From Mobula hypostoma (lineage: Eukaryota), in the NCBI RefSeq assembly GCF_963921235.1, contig NC_086097.1, positions 157,668,001-157,732,000 on the forward strand: a DNA stretch of 64,000 nt. Direction: 5' to 3'. This document shows positions 13,323 to 26,468 of the stretch, in pieces (positions within the stretch are counted from its first letter, which is position 1; each line of letters starts with the position of its first letter). Under the pieces are notes generated by a model. That model saw only the letters and a list, made by a program, of their open reading frames with translations. It was not told the origin of the DNA and ran no database searches. The translations under genes and the position numbers were made by a program.

Positions 13323-14240
13323 ATAGAGTCATAGAACACTACAGCACAGAAACAGGCCCATCTAGTCTGTGCTGAACTATTAATCTGCCTAGTCCAGACC
13401 TGGACCACTGCCCTCCATACTCCTCTCATCCATGTACCTATCCAAATTTTTCTTAAATGTTGAAATTGGCCTCACATCCACCACTTACGCCGGCAATTTG
13501 TTCAACACACTCATCACCCTCTGAGTGAATAAGCTGTCCCTCAAGTTCCCTTTAAATATTTCATCTTGCATTCTTAACCTATGACCTCTAGTTGTAGTCT
13601 CACCCAACCTCAGTGCAAAAAGCCTGCTTGAATTTACCGTATCCAAACCCCTCATAGTTTTGACCGTCTCTATCAAATCTCCCCTCAATCTTCGACGTTC
13701 TAGGGAATAAAGACCTAACCTGTTCAACCTTTCCCTCTACTCAGGTCCACAAATCTCAGCGACATCCTTGTAAATTTTCTCTGTCCTCTTTCAATCTTAT
13801 TTTTATCATTCCTGTAGGTAGGTGACCAAAACCACACGCAATAATCCAAATTAGGCCTCACCAATGTCTTATGCAATTACAACATAACATCCCAAATACT
13901 GTACTCAGTACATTGATTTATGAAGGCCAATGTGCCCAAAACTTTCTTTACTATTCTATCTACCTGCATTCCACTTTCAAGGAATTATGGATCTGTATTC
14001 CCAAATCCCTCCGTCCTACCACATTCATTGCTACTGCTCACCATGTAAGACCTACTCTCAAAATGCAACACCTCACACTTGTTTGCATTAAATTCAATGT
14101 CATTGTTCAGCTTCTTTTTCCAGCTGGTCCAGGTCCCACCGCAAGCTTTGAAGGTTTTCCTCGCTGTCCACTACACCCCCAATCTCGGTGTCATCCACAA
14201 ATTTGCTGATCCAGTTTACCACACTATCATCCACATTGAT
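13323..14240 (-). mobile_element. CR1 LINE 3' portion
   Basis: ORFs WISKFVDDTEIGGVVDSEE and LGLYSLERRRLRGDLIE...FTQRV; chondrichthyan-type tail atagagtcatagaacactacagcacagaaacaggccc. Confidence 0.9.
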
Positions 14241-16164
14241 ACAATATGTTGCACTTTTAACTTTTGCCTCCCGAAAAGGATACGAAGAAAATTTGTCAGT
14301 TGTTTCCAAAGATCTGTGATTACCACAGTAGGAAGACAAACCTCAGGCTTTAGCTTGTAATCGCTGTGCAGCAGCTTAAGTTGAACATAAATGCCTTTAA
14401 GTTTATGAATCCAGATGCGATATAATGAAAGTCTGGAATTAGCACGGTTGGAAAGGATGCCGAAATCTGATATAAGTTGTATACAATTTTTTTCTTTATA
14501 ACATCAGCCCATCACCAGCCCTTCTCAGAGCCAATTAAATATCTTGCTCTGAATGTACTATAATTTTCATTAATTTTGTACAATATTTATTTTCCCCTGA
14601 AGGCATGAGCAATTTCACAGGCAAGCACTCGTATGGATGAAGGGTTTAATGAATAGACTAAAAGATAGCAAACTTTTGGCCATGTTATGCCTGTCAGAAT
14701 TCATTCATAATTAATATTTGGTTTGGTTATACCTGGATTAAGTTATTATCTGGTTGAGGATTAGCCAGAACCTTGTAGTTACATTAGATTGAGATGATGA
14801 CTTTTTACAATCAAAAGGAATTGTATGAAAGCTGTGCACGTGTATTTTTGTTCTAGTATTTTGCACAATAAAATTCCACTTATCCGCCTGGCTTGGCATT
14901 GTTAAATATCTTGCTTGAATGTTCTATAATTTGCACTAAACTTGTCAAGATGTTTTTTTTTGTTTTTTTAAATATGTACAGGTAATATTAGGAACTGTAA
15001 AATAGACTACCTTTACTTCTGGAGAGTGTCTATTTTCTGATAGCCTGTTTATTTATACATTGTAGTATGTCCAGTTTGAATAACTCATTTTGCTGAAGAG
15101 TAAACTTTATTTCTAAAGTACCTTCAGCTAATTCCATGCATAGGCATTGTTAAGAAATAACAACACTGGCAGAGAAATTGTATCAAAAGCAGCAAATCAA
15201 TTCAGTGAATTCTGTGTATTCACTGAAATTCATCAAATAATTAATGAAAAGTTATTAAGTAAGATCCAGGTGCAACTCAAACTAGACATACTTAATCAGA
15301 CTCAAAAAAATGGCAGATTCAATCCACAAAGCACCAAGTAATTGGCATCCCCAAGAAGTATACATCACGTCTGTTATTTTCTCATTGCATTTAGGGAGAT
15401 TTTCAGAGCATGCTTAATCACATTCACTGTAGGTTTTAGATTATTGAGGGAACAATATGATATTGTATTCTAAATTGAGAGACAGTATGAAATTTACAGG
15501 AATTAATCTGTAAGTATTGAACAGAGAAAGGTGGCATTTCATTTCATTCATTTCTGAATAGGAAAGTGGGGAGGATTCCATCAAACTCTATACTTATAGG
15601 TGGCAGTATTTCTTTTTGGGAAATCAAAAGATGAGTTACCTACTGCAAAAAAACACTGTCTATGACCTACATTTTGAACCAGTGAATATTTGTGTCTGCT
15701 CAGGCTGTGACTGCTGTCAGAGGCAAAACAGGCATTCTTGCTACACACAGGATGTTACCTTGAAAATTCTAACGTACGTAAGGGTTAGGACACATACACT
15801 GAGCAGCTAGAGATGCTCAGAATTCACAGCTTTCTAACCTTGCATGGGTTAATTTATTTAATTGGAAAATATCATTCTCCCTTCAGGACTTTTATATTGT
15901 TTTTTAATATAATTATCCCAAATTCTACTTTCCATGGCTTCCATTTATAAAATCAAATTGCTTGACAACCATTTACTGCTGCAATGGTCACAGAGGCACT
16001 GTCTGCTTGTTGCTAGGTAACATGGCCTGTGGTTAATTTGGGTGCAAGTGTCAGCAACTTGATAATTGCATCTCCCAGCAGTAACCGTCAGCAACTATTA
16101 GAAGAACATGTTGAGCTGAAAGTCATCAGTGCTTTGAATGTCTCAATATTGTGTTCTATTCAGA

Positions 16165-16487
16165 GCTCTCTATTAATGATACTAGTTATTCAGCTTTATT
16201 CAAGATCTGCCTCCTTCAAAAACGAACCATGTTATGTTTTCATGTATACTTTGACCCTTACGGGTTGCTGTCAAGCTTCCCCGTGTGTTATGTACTGAAC
16301 GTAAGCTGGGTAGTTGACTTTTAAGTAAAATAAACAGCTGCACGTTTGTTCCGCACTTCTCTATCTCTTGTATGTGTTATTGATGGGCACCCAGCTTTCC
16401 AGAACCACAAACATGCTCATTCACTGCTCTATATTAATGATACAAGCTATTCAGCTTCATTCATTATCTGTCTCCTTCAAAAACAAA
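16165..16487. repeat. ~62-bp imperfect direct repeats (16165-16226, 16426-16487) flanking a small TG...CA LTR-like segment
   Basis: gctctctattaatgatactagttattcagctttattcaagatctgcctccttcaaaaacgaa versus gctctatattaatgatacaagctattcagcttcattcattatctgtctccttcaaaaacaaa. Confidence 0.8.
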
Positions 16488-17724
16488 TCTCCTAAATGAA
16501 AGGCATTTAGAGTAAACTGCCCCCCAAGTCTTCTCTCCTAGCAGTTTCAATTTTAAAATAACTGCTCAGGCAATCCATGCCAAATTTCATGCCTTTTTCT
16601 TCATTGCTTCCTTTTTTAAAAAAATAAATACAGAATAGATACAGAGTCACAGGACAAATACAACAGTGAAAATCACATGAACTCAGCTGTTGGCAAAAAA
16701 ATTCACAACTAATTGACCTGCCCTCTTGTAACCTCAGACTACTGTCTATTTCCTCTGCATCACTTAAGCAACATGTTTAATGCAATAGTTTTCACTTCAA
16801 TCAATCCATGCGGCAAAATATTTTAACAGCTAACCCTACACTCATCCCAAAGAATGCTACATGGATTCATCAGTGCAAAAATAGGCCATTCAGGCTCTTA
16901 AATCCGTGCTGGTGCATGTGCTCCAGGAGAATCTTTCCCATCCTACTTCATCCCATGTTGCCATATTTTCATTTGTTCTTTTCTCCCTCACGTGCCTATT
17001 TGATTTGACTTTAGCATGTTCTGCAATTCCCAGCATTATCCGAGTGAGTACACTTTTCCAAATTTCTCACTGCCTTTTAGTGACTATACCTTTGCTTACA
17101 TATGTATTTATTTGCTCTAGCTTTGGTCTTCCAAAGAAGAAAACAAATTTGCTGCATGTATCCACTGAACTCTTTAAGCCCTTGCAAAATATTCAAGATC
17201 TTCTTTGAAGTCAACTCCTAATCATAGCATAGAGCCATACTGTTGTAGCATCGTAATGGTCATAAGGACACAGAAGACAGAAAATTGGCCCTACAACCCC
17301 TTACAGCTCTGACATCATGCACCACTCACACAAATCCTATATCAAATAAACACTTAAAAGTTATACGGAAGTGTTTTCTATATGAAGTAATGCTATTTCA
17401 CAGTTTTATTTACTTAGTGACAGTTGAATGAAACAACCACTCTACATTCTTATTTCTGAAGAAAATCCAGCTTGTTCTCCTGAGTGTTAATTATCTTTCA
17501 CTTAAGATCTTAAATAACATCCCCGTTGAACCTTCTGTTTTGTTTGATGAAGAAAATACTGCTTGACCTCATGTTTCTAACGATCCTGTTTTTACACAAG
17601 TATCATCTGCTGCATCCTTTCAGTTTCTGCATCATTGTTTTATTGCACATTACCACACTTACTGCCCATTCATTACTCCTGTTTTGGATAACCTGTTCTG
17701 TATGGAGACAAAGACAATATTTAC

Positions 17725-17889
17725 CTGGACATTTCTTGTCATTGCACAGTCTATACTCCTCTTGAGGTCCTTCACACTGTAGCCCTCCATAAAATGGTCC
17801 GTAGCAGGCCCTCACTCGAAGCTGTGTTCCGCCATCACAACTTTTGGTGCAAGGTTCCCAATTGGTCCATTTTTGCCACTTTCCATCCA
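17725..17889 (-). CDS. ADGRB1: ADGRB1/BAI1 exon, TSR (human TSR5 equivalent)
   Basis: ttttgtag|TG GAT GGA ... TGT CCA G|gtaaat; 165 nt, phase 1-1; (V)DGKWQKWTNWEPCTKSCDGGTQLRVRACYGPFYGGLQCEGPQEEYRLCNDKKCP. Confidence 0.95.
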
Positions 17890-18333
17890 CTACAAAACAA
17901 GACATTAATGTAGAAAATGGTCTTCAGTTAACCTGGTACATCTGATGCACTGGTTACCAGGAGTTTGAGGTATAGAACATTCCTGTATCAAGCACCATCT
18001 ACAAAATATAACCTGTGATAATATAGTTATATTCACAAGAACAACAAGAAAGAGTTTACAGTTTGACATAAAGAGTACCCACAGTGATGGTTTAGAATTC
18101 CAGTTTTTCCGAAAACCAAATTTGGTATTAATTAGGAAAGCAACACATTTTGATGGAAACAAACAAACTGCTGGAAGAGGAATTCAGTGGGTTAAGCAGC
18201 ATCTGTGGGGGTATGGTGGGGTGAAGTTATCACAGACATTTCAGGTTAACACTCTGCATCAGGATTGAAGGACACCTGAAGTTTCAGGTCCTAAATCAGA
18301 TCCTGAAATGTTGACAGATTCTTCCACCACTTG

Positions 18334-19243
18334 TGGGGGTAGAAGGGTGGGTTGGCAAGTTTGCAGACGACACAAAGGTTGGTAGAGTTGTAGATAGTGT
18401 AGAGGATTGTCAATATTGCAGAGAGACATTGATAGGATGCAGAAGTGGGCTGAGAAGTGGCAGATGGAGTTCAATCTGGAGAAGTGTGAGGTGGTACACT
18501 TTGGAAGGATGAACTCCAAGGCTGAGTACAAAGTAAATGGCAGGATACTTGGTAGTGTGGAGGAGCAGAGGGATCTGGGGCTACATGTCCACAGATTCCT
18601 GAAAGTTGCCTCACAGGTAGATAGGGTAGTTAAGAAAGCTTATGGGGTGTTAGCTTTCATAAGTCGATATAAGGCGATATAATGATGCAGCTCTATAAAA
18701 CTCTGGTTAGACCACACTTGGAGTACTGTGTCCAGTTCTGGTCGCCTCACTATAGGAAGGATGTGGAAGCATTGGAAAGGGTACAGAGGAGATTTACCAG
18801 AATGCTGCCTGGTTTAGAGAGTATGCATTATGATCAGAGATTAAGGGAGCTAGGGCTTTACTCTTTGGTGAGAAGGAGGATGAGAGGAGACATGATAGAG
18901 GTGTACAAGATAATAAGAGGAATAGATAGAGTGGCTAGCCAGTGCCTCTTCTCCAGGGCACCACTGCTCAATACAAGAGGACATGGCTTTAAGGTAAGGG
19001 GTGGGAAGTTCAGGGGGGATATTAGAGGAAGGTTTTTTACTCAGAGAGTGGTTGGTGCATGGAATGCACTGCCTGAGTCAATGGTGGAGGCAGATACACT
19101 AGTGAAGTTTAAGAGACTACTAGACAGGTATATGGAGGAAGTTAAGGTGGGGGCTTATATGGGAGGCAGGGTTTGAGGGTCGGCACAACATTGTGGGCCG
19201 AAGAGCCTGTACTATGCTGTACTATTCTATGTTCTATGTTCTA
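18334..19243 (+). mobile_element. Relatively young CR1 LINE, 5'-truncated, inserted in a Penelope-type remnant
   Basis: ORFs 18407..18682 and 18682..19176 (KFADDTK; LYKTLVRPHLEYCVQFWSP; FFTQRVVGAWNALP); tail tattctatgttctatgttcta; Penelope-type sequence on both sides (about 18160-18330 and 19270-19460). Confidence 0.93.
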
Positions 19244-20064
19244 CACCCTCACCCCACCTCCCTCCCCCACATCCACAGAGAGCTGCTTGACCTGCTGAAT
19301 TCCTTCAACTGAATGAAACATGAGGTTCAAGCTCCTGCATCAGGACCGTAATGTCAACAGTTCCTCCCTCCTGCGCCCCCCCCCCCCAACAACCATTCTC
19401 CCTCCTTGAGAGTGCTCAACCCACTGAGTTTCTCCAGCAGGTTATTTGTCACTCCAGATTCCAGTATCTGCACCTCTGAAGGTATCTGAGGTACCAAGAT
19501 ATTGAGAGCTAAATAATAACAATGCCAGTACATTGAATGACAATGACAAAGTGCTTAAGAAGCAAATACTTCTGCTTCTCTGCTTTTAATGCTACTTCTT
19601 ATCAGGCATCACCACAAGACAAAGGAAACCACAAATGTGGTGTTGCCCTTATTCAGACCTTGAAAAACACCTACACAGAAAGAAAATAGACACAATTTAA
19701 TATGTTAGATATTCTGCGGTTGAGCTTAATGTAATATCGAACCAGCATTTTGACTTCAGACTACCAGGAATAAAAGTCTCATGGAAGCACCTTTCAGCTC
19801 ATTCAATTTCACTTTACACAGGAGGCAAAATTGACTGTCAAGAGATATTTCTTCACTGTTAAGATGTTCCTTTGTCCTCATAAAACAGTATTATAAATAA
19901 TAAAATCCTTTCCAAGCAGTGAAGGAATACAATCCTATTACAACGTGCACCATGAAGGTTCCTCATTTCAGCAGCCCTCAAAATAAACCAATGATTGGAA
20001 AAAATCCCGGCCAAGCATTATTATTTTACCAGTCAACAACTGTTATGCAACATTACCAACTTCT

Positions 20065-20258
20065 GGTGGCGTAGTGGCATCAGCGCCAGACTTCAGCGCA
20101 AAGGCCCCCGAGTTCGAATCCAGCTGGCTCCCTTGCACGCTTTCCATCTGTGCTGGGTTCAGCGTTGAGCTAGCAACTCGGCCTCATAAAAATAAGAAAG
20201 CCTGCTAAAAAAATGCCGTCATGATGGTGTCCCAATGACTCCACTCCAGTTCTTCTTC
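20065..20258 (+). mobile_element. tRNA-derived SINE with target site duplication
   Basis: A box TGGCGTAGTGG, B box GAGTTCGAATCC; flanked by accaacttct (20055-20064) and accaaattct (20259-20268). Confidence 0.8.
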
Positions 20259-21714
20259 ACCAAATTCTTATTATTAACCCTATTCTACTTGTCAAAGCAT
20301 GGGACATTTAGTCAGACTCTCCTTACCATTAGTCCATGGTTTCTCACTATTAATTGACAGAGACTGAGCATACTTATACAAAAAAAAGAACCAAGCATCA
20401 CTCAGGTGAAAAAAAAATCTTAAAATCTGCTGACAGTAATTATTTTTCTGGACCAGGATGTATCAGGTGGTTGTGGGTTCCCAGAAAGACTTGCTTGCAG
20501 AGTGATCTCCATTCGTCCCAAGTATAGGACCAGTAATTCTTAATGCCTGGAAGGGACATTGACTTAATGGAGCAACTAACAATCCACTGGAGGGACTCTG
20601 TGTTGGGCAGCAGCTGTGGGGAAAAAGGGAATTGATACTGTTTCACATTGAAACCCTCCATCAGTCCTGAATCATCCACAATTCAAGTTGGAAGACCTAG
20701 AACTAGGGATCACTGTTTAAAAATACGGGGACTTCAATGCCCTTTGAATCTTACTTGGAACTCACTCCTTTATCCTCAGAAAGAGATGAAGTTTTATTTT
20801 TCTCTAACCTGTAAGCCTTAAAAGTCTCTTCCTCAAAGGATTAAGAAAGCAGTCTTTGTTATGTTTTTAATGCAAAGTTAAATGGATTCTTGATGAGCAA
20901 AGTGATGAAAGATTACCATTGTTGAACAGAAATAGGGAGTTGAGGTTATAATTAAATCATCCACAATCTTATGAGTGGCAAAGTGGATTTAAAGGACTCT
21001 GGATACTCCTCATCCTAACTCAAATATTCTTATACAACACTTCCTTACAAACGAATAGAAGAACTATTTAGATTTAGATCTAAGTTCCATCTGAAAGTAA
21101 ATTTCTAAAGCTGCCATCTAAGATATTAAATTTAATTCATTTCCCTTTTTTTAGGATAGGGGCAGTGCTGGTAATATATTTTAATGCTCAGATAATAGGT
21201 GACTCGGAGGAAACTTCTAGATGCTGAAAGGTCAACATTTATTGTGCATACCTAATTTTCCTTGATCTGAATGACTTAGTAAGTCATTTTAAAGGGCTTG
21301 TTTTGATTTAGAGATTCACTCATATTAAATGTCAAATACATATAGGTTGTGCAAAAATGGCAGAGTTTTTTTCCTTTGAAGACCATCAAAAGGAGCTTTA
21401 CAACAAATCAATGGACTTCTGGCCAATATTACTAATGACAGCTTATTAACAGAGCTAAATTCTAATAATAATTCAGAATTTCAATTTAGCAGCTTCCGTA
21501 GTGGGATTTGAACATTATTCCTTGGATTGCTATTGAGGAGCGAAAAAAAAAACCTGCAGTTACTGGCAGGTAGTATACTCACAGTTCAGGCAGCATATGA
21601 CAAAAGTTCATCAACTTGAAAAGAGAACTGTTTTGCACTCCACAGTTTCAGCCTGGGCCTTTTCTGTTTTTAACATCTGTATTTGTTAGTCAAGATTGTT
21701 GAATGACTGGACTT

Positions 21715-22016
21715 GTGGTGGTAGCATAGCGGTTAGTGCAATACTATTACAGCTTGGGGTTTTGGAGTTCAATTCCAGTGCCATCTGTAAGGACTTTCTG
21801 TGGGTCCCGTCCATGGAGTGCGTTGGGTGTTCCCCAGATGCTCTAGTTTCCTCCCACAGTCCAAAGACATACTGGATAGGTTAATTGGTCATTGTAAATT
21901 GTTTCATGATTAGGCCATGGTTAAACAGGGGGGTTGTCAGGGATTGCAGGGTGGCATGGCTCAAAGGGCCACAAGGGCCTACTCTGCACTGCATCACTAA
22001 ATAAAATAAAATAAAA
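21715..22016 (+). mobile_element. tRNA-derived V-domain SINE (HE1-like)
   Basis: gtagcatagcggttag A box, ggagttcaattcc B box, V-domain tttcctcccacagtccaaagac...aggttaattggtcattgtaaattg, (TAAAA)n tail. Confidence 0.8.
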
Positions 22017-22338
22017 CCATTACACCACCCTATATTGCTGTAATGGAAAGTTTAAGGCTGCAGATGCTGAGAATCTGAAATAAAAACAGAAAATGCTATA
22101 AAAAAAAACTCAGTGGGTCAGGCGCCATCTGTGGAAAGAGGAATAATGAATGATTTGGGACCACTTGGCAGTTCAGATCCTACTGAGCTGCGAAGGATCC
22201 CAGATCTAAAATTTTAACTGTATCACTTTCCACGAGTGTTTTCCGGTCTACGGATTGTTTCCAGCATATTTTTCTTTTGCCCTTCTCACACTGTACTGTC
22301 CTCATCTTAACTATTTAAAAACAAATACACAAACTCAC

Positions 22339-22503
22339 CTGGACACTGCCTTGGAAAGCATGGTCTGTTTTCAGACCAGTAGCCCTGGCATTCAGCTCCT
22401 CCAAAGGAAGGACCATTGCATTCCCTTGTCCTCTGCTGAGTCCCGTTCGAACAGGTGGTGGAACATTGACTCCAGCTCGACCAGTCGTTCCAATTCCCAT
22501 CCA
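22339..22503 (-). CDS. ADGRB1: ADGRB1/BAI1 exon, TSR (human TSR4 equivalent)
   Basis: C14-aataag|TG GAT GGG ... TGT CCA G|gtgagt; 165 nt, phase 1-1; (V)[54 protein letters not shown]. Confidence 0.95.
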
Positions 22504-23569
22504 CTTATTGGGGGGGGGGGGGGAAGAAACAAAGAGACATCTCAACGTTACATTTTTAAGGTTATGATGGAAATCAGCAAAGATAGCCCAGGCTAGTTTT
22601 GGATTACAGTGGAGAACTGAAATAACTGATAACATAGGTAACATTATTGTGCTGGGAATATGAAAGTAATCATTGGTGACATTCAGCACGGAGATGTGAT
22701 AAAGCAGCAGGGTGAGCTCAATACTTCAACAAAAGCAGATTGCTCATTAGTTCTAATGGCATTTCTCTCTTTTTAAAATACGTCATGTTTTGTTCTTTAT
22801 TGCATTTTGTCTGTACTTGCCTCCCAGTGAACAATGCTGTTAGTCATGAATCATACATATCTTTACCTTTTACTCACCCATAAATCATCTATTCTGGTAT
22901 TGTGTTTGAAGGCTGGGCCCATTTGTCCCTGATTATGTTCCTGCAAAGTTCCGTTTTGTTAAGGATACAACATTGAATGCAAGTTCTTCATTTTTTGCTA
23001 TTTTTGTATTGTGTCGAAACTACCTACAGAGGGAAACTCCCCCTCCCCTTCCAATCAACAGATTGCATTTCTCCATTGTCATCCTTGTCAAAAGCAGACT
23101 AACCTCAATTAAGGGTGAGAATCCTAGCTGCATGCCTGATTAGAAATTACCACACAGATGCTATGTTTAATCAGTAGGAATTTTTGAATCTGGCTTTAAA
23201 TTAGTAAATACATCTGTCAAACGCACATTTATTTTACAAATATCTAAACGAAGTAATACCTAATACTGATTTCACACCATTTTTATTATCTGCTTTGGAT
23301 GCGCACCATAAGGAAATAAAAGAAAACCACGAGACTTGTTGGAGTAGGTTTGGTGTGTTCCAGGAAGGAGTAATGTCCATATTTTTCATCTTAACATTAT
23401 AGAAAAAGTCCATCAAGTCCATACCTACCTATTTAATATAGTGTGCCATGTCAATATTTACCAGAACTGATAGAATGGCCTTAGAGTTATTTAACCCAAA
23501 TAATAAACACAAGTTAGAATCCAGAATTTTCTTGACTATTACTTGGATGACACAAAGATGCTTCTAGAA

Positions 23570-23870
23570 GACCTGCTGCCTCATTGCTCCAGTGCCCCTT
23601 GTTCTTTCATGACCTCTGGTACTGTCTATGTGGAATTTGCATCTTCTCTCTGTGGTCTAGTGAGTTTCTTTTGGTGTTCTGGCTTTATCCCATGTCCCAA
23701 AGACAAGCAGGTTGATAGGTCAACCTGGTACAAATAGTCCCTAATGTACGTGTGAGTGCTAGAGTTTTGGTGGTGCTGATGTGAATGTGGAGAAAGTAAA
23801 ATAAACTCAGGATTAATGTAAATTGGTGGTTGTGGACTGAAGTGCTGTTAGTATATTGTATGAGTCAGAT
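23570..23870 (+). mobile_element. Degraded V-domain SINE
   Basis: ctgtctatgtggaatttgcatcttctc...ggctttatcccatgtcccaaagacaagcaggttgataggt; boundaries approximate. Confidence 0.55.
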
Positions 23871-25049
23871 TGTATTGTTGAAATTTATATAATATATTGA
23901 AAAAAAACCCACTTGTTTCACCATTAAAAAACTGAATGAACAGATCAGAAATTAGAATCAGTGAGCAGGAGATATATATTTTTTAAAAGTCTTCAAATAA
24001 TAGTGAGACAGAAGCTATGTGATCAAGAATGGAATTATAAGTCAGAGATCTCGGTACTGACCATTACTGGTAGGAAGGATAAGCAGAAAAACAAGATTAA
24101 AGAGTTAGAGGCTTCAAGGAGGGAAGGGAAGTTGTTTTAGGGAAAGATTGTACTGGTCTGGAATTTGTGCATGTTCTTTCACCTTGAATTAGACTTAAAA
24201 GCTGCTTTTGGATCACTACATTTCACCAGCAAAAATTTCTGAGTCAATTAACGGCACTGGAAAATTGGGTTGGACACTATTAAATAGGATTCACCCTAGC
24301 ATATCTGAGGTTTGCTATAGGTATAATGGCAATGCCTGATGCCCAGCAGTAATTTTCAATTCTCCCAACAGAAGTAGGCTGTTAATGGTGCAATGTGCTG
24401 TACGACCTCCATTTACTACACATTAAAATAAGGAGTAGCCTGCCGGGAAACTGGCAAAATGACACAAGTCAAAAGGTCCCCACTTGGACATCAATGGTTT
24501 GCTCACAGCCTCAGCTGGAGTCATTTCGTCTTATTCTATTCTTATCCATAAATTTCACTGACCAGGATCACAAAACCTCTACATTATGTGTCATAGTGTG
24601 AGGTGCCACAGTAACTGGTCTGTTGGCATGCTTGAAACTGACCGTGACCTGGACCCCATTATGCCATGAGAGCCCATTGGTTCAGGCGGTTGTGTGGGGA
24701 TGTGGGAGAGCACATGTCCATTTTCCTCACCTCCGTGGCAGCCTATTTCATTGCAGCATTGTGACTACCATGGAGAGGTTACCTTGTTTAACTTTCTTCC
24801 CAGTGGGCAATGGAACAAGGCAGGCAGCCGTCATTGGCAACTGCACAAGTTAAGTTGTTATGTATGTTTCGGGATTTTTTTAAACAGCTTTTTCACCAAT
24901 TTCCCATTTTTTCTATTCAAAGTTGCTAGATGAAGACTGAAAGGAGATGTGGCATTCAAAGTATATTTGAACAGATCAAATTACTATAACATATGAAAGA
25001 TAAATTTCATGTGCAATAATTAATTAGTCAGAATGTGTTTCCAGGACAA

Positions 25050-25395
25050 TGTTCTGAGTGTAGAACATACAGCATAGAAAAATTGAGCTCAGTATAGAAC
25101 CTTCTGGCCATAATGTTGTGCTGACTCCTTAACCTATTCCAATATCAATCTAACCCTTCTCTCCCACAAAGCTCTGCATTTTCTATTCACCCATGTGCCT
25201 AAGGATATCCTAAATGTCCCAAATGTATTTGCCTCTACCACCCGTAGGTGTGTGGCAGTGCATTCCATGCACCTATCACTCTCTGTAAAAATCTTGCCTC
25301 GGATATTCCCCTATACTTGCCTCCCAACACCTTACAGTCATGCCCCTCTTGTATTCGATATTTCTGCCCAGGAGTAGTAGAGAGATTTCTCTCTG
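25050..25395 (-). mobile_element. CR1 LINE 3' end fragment
   Basis: ORF residues GHDCKVLGGKYRG..FLQRVIGAWNALP; tail tagaacatacagcatagaa...ccttctggcccataatgttgtgctga-like. Confidence 0.75.
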
Positions 25396-25689
25396 CTAAG
25401 TGCTGGTGACATTCAGAAGATTCATCCTGGTAATTATTTTTTGTTGAAATTATCATTCTGTTTTATAGAGCATTTTCCCAGCAACAGGCAGCTTAGGAAA
25501 ACTTTAAGCTATATTAATGAGCTGAACACAGAATATTATGAGGAAGTTTCCCCCAGGTCTCTTTGAAAAGTATCAGCTGTGCGACAGTTTTGAGTCTGTT
25601 AAAGGTCAGCATAATAAAAACAAAATATCTTAATGTAGACAAAAGTTTAAGGAGTAATTTTAACTTAAGATATAAGGTGGAAAATACAA

Positions 25690-26148
25690 TTACATCTGGT
25701 ACTAGCATCACTGCCTGGTATGAAAGCTCCAAATCATAGGATGGTAAAAAGCTGCAGGGAGTTGTAAACTCAGCCATCTTGGGCACTAGTCAGCTACCAT
25801 CAAGGCCATCTGCAAAAACTTGTGCCTGAAGATGGCGGCATCCGTCTTTAAGGACCGTCACCACCCAGGACATACCTACTTCTCATTACTGGCATCGCGG
25901 AGGAGGTATTCAGCTGCCCTTAGAAGCACACTCAGTGTTTTAAGAACGACTTCCTCCTCTCTGCCATCAGGTTGCTCAGTGATCCATGAACCAATGAACA
26001 CTACCTCACTACTTTGCTCACTCTTTGCATTGTTTATTTATATATATTTCTTATTGTAATTAGAGTAATTTATGTATGGCACTGTACTGCTGCTGCAAAA
26101 CAACAAATTTCATGACATAGGTCAGTGATAATAAACCTAATTCTGATT
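25690..26148 (+). mobile_element. Rex1/Babar 3' fragment
   Basis: agcatcactgcctggtatg...KMAASVFKDRHHPGH..FSLL; tail aataaacctaattctgatt. Confidence 0.75.
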
Positions 26149-26303
26149 TCCTCCTCTTTTACCCTGAGCCCTGCAATATCTTCAATGTCTTCAGTGGAGA
26201 TTCAACTCAGAACAGGCATAAAAGCAACATTAAATTCTTCCTGAAGCTGCTTGGTTAGAGATGACCTTGAAGTCTGAAATGGTGTCAAAGAGAAGACACT
26301 TAC

Positions 26304-26468
26304 CAGGACAGAGTGCAATGTTGCAGAACTTTGTTTGCTTCTCAGGACCTTCACAAGGATTCCCTCCAAATTGGGGCTGTATACAGGAACGGGTGCGATC
26401 TCGGTGACCCCTACCACATGTGGAAGAGCACAAGCTCCATGGTGACCATTCCTCCCAGACACCGTGGA
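26304..26468 (-). CDS. ADGRB1: ADGRB1/BAI1 exon, TSR (human TSR3 equivalent)
   Basis: ttttcag|TC CAC GGT ... TGT CCT G|gtaagt; 165 nt, phase 1-1; (V)[78 protein letters not shown] is characteristic of BAI1. Confidence 0.97.

Noticed and set aside
20065..20135. tRNA gene
   Set aside because: It has A and B boxes but continues into a SINE body and tail flanked by a TSD; the same reasoning applies to the heads at 21715, 51585, 55550 and 56700.
22682..22700. REST/NRSE site (ttcagcac)
   Set aside because: Only the left half-site is present; there is no GGACAG right half.
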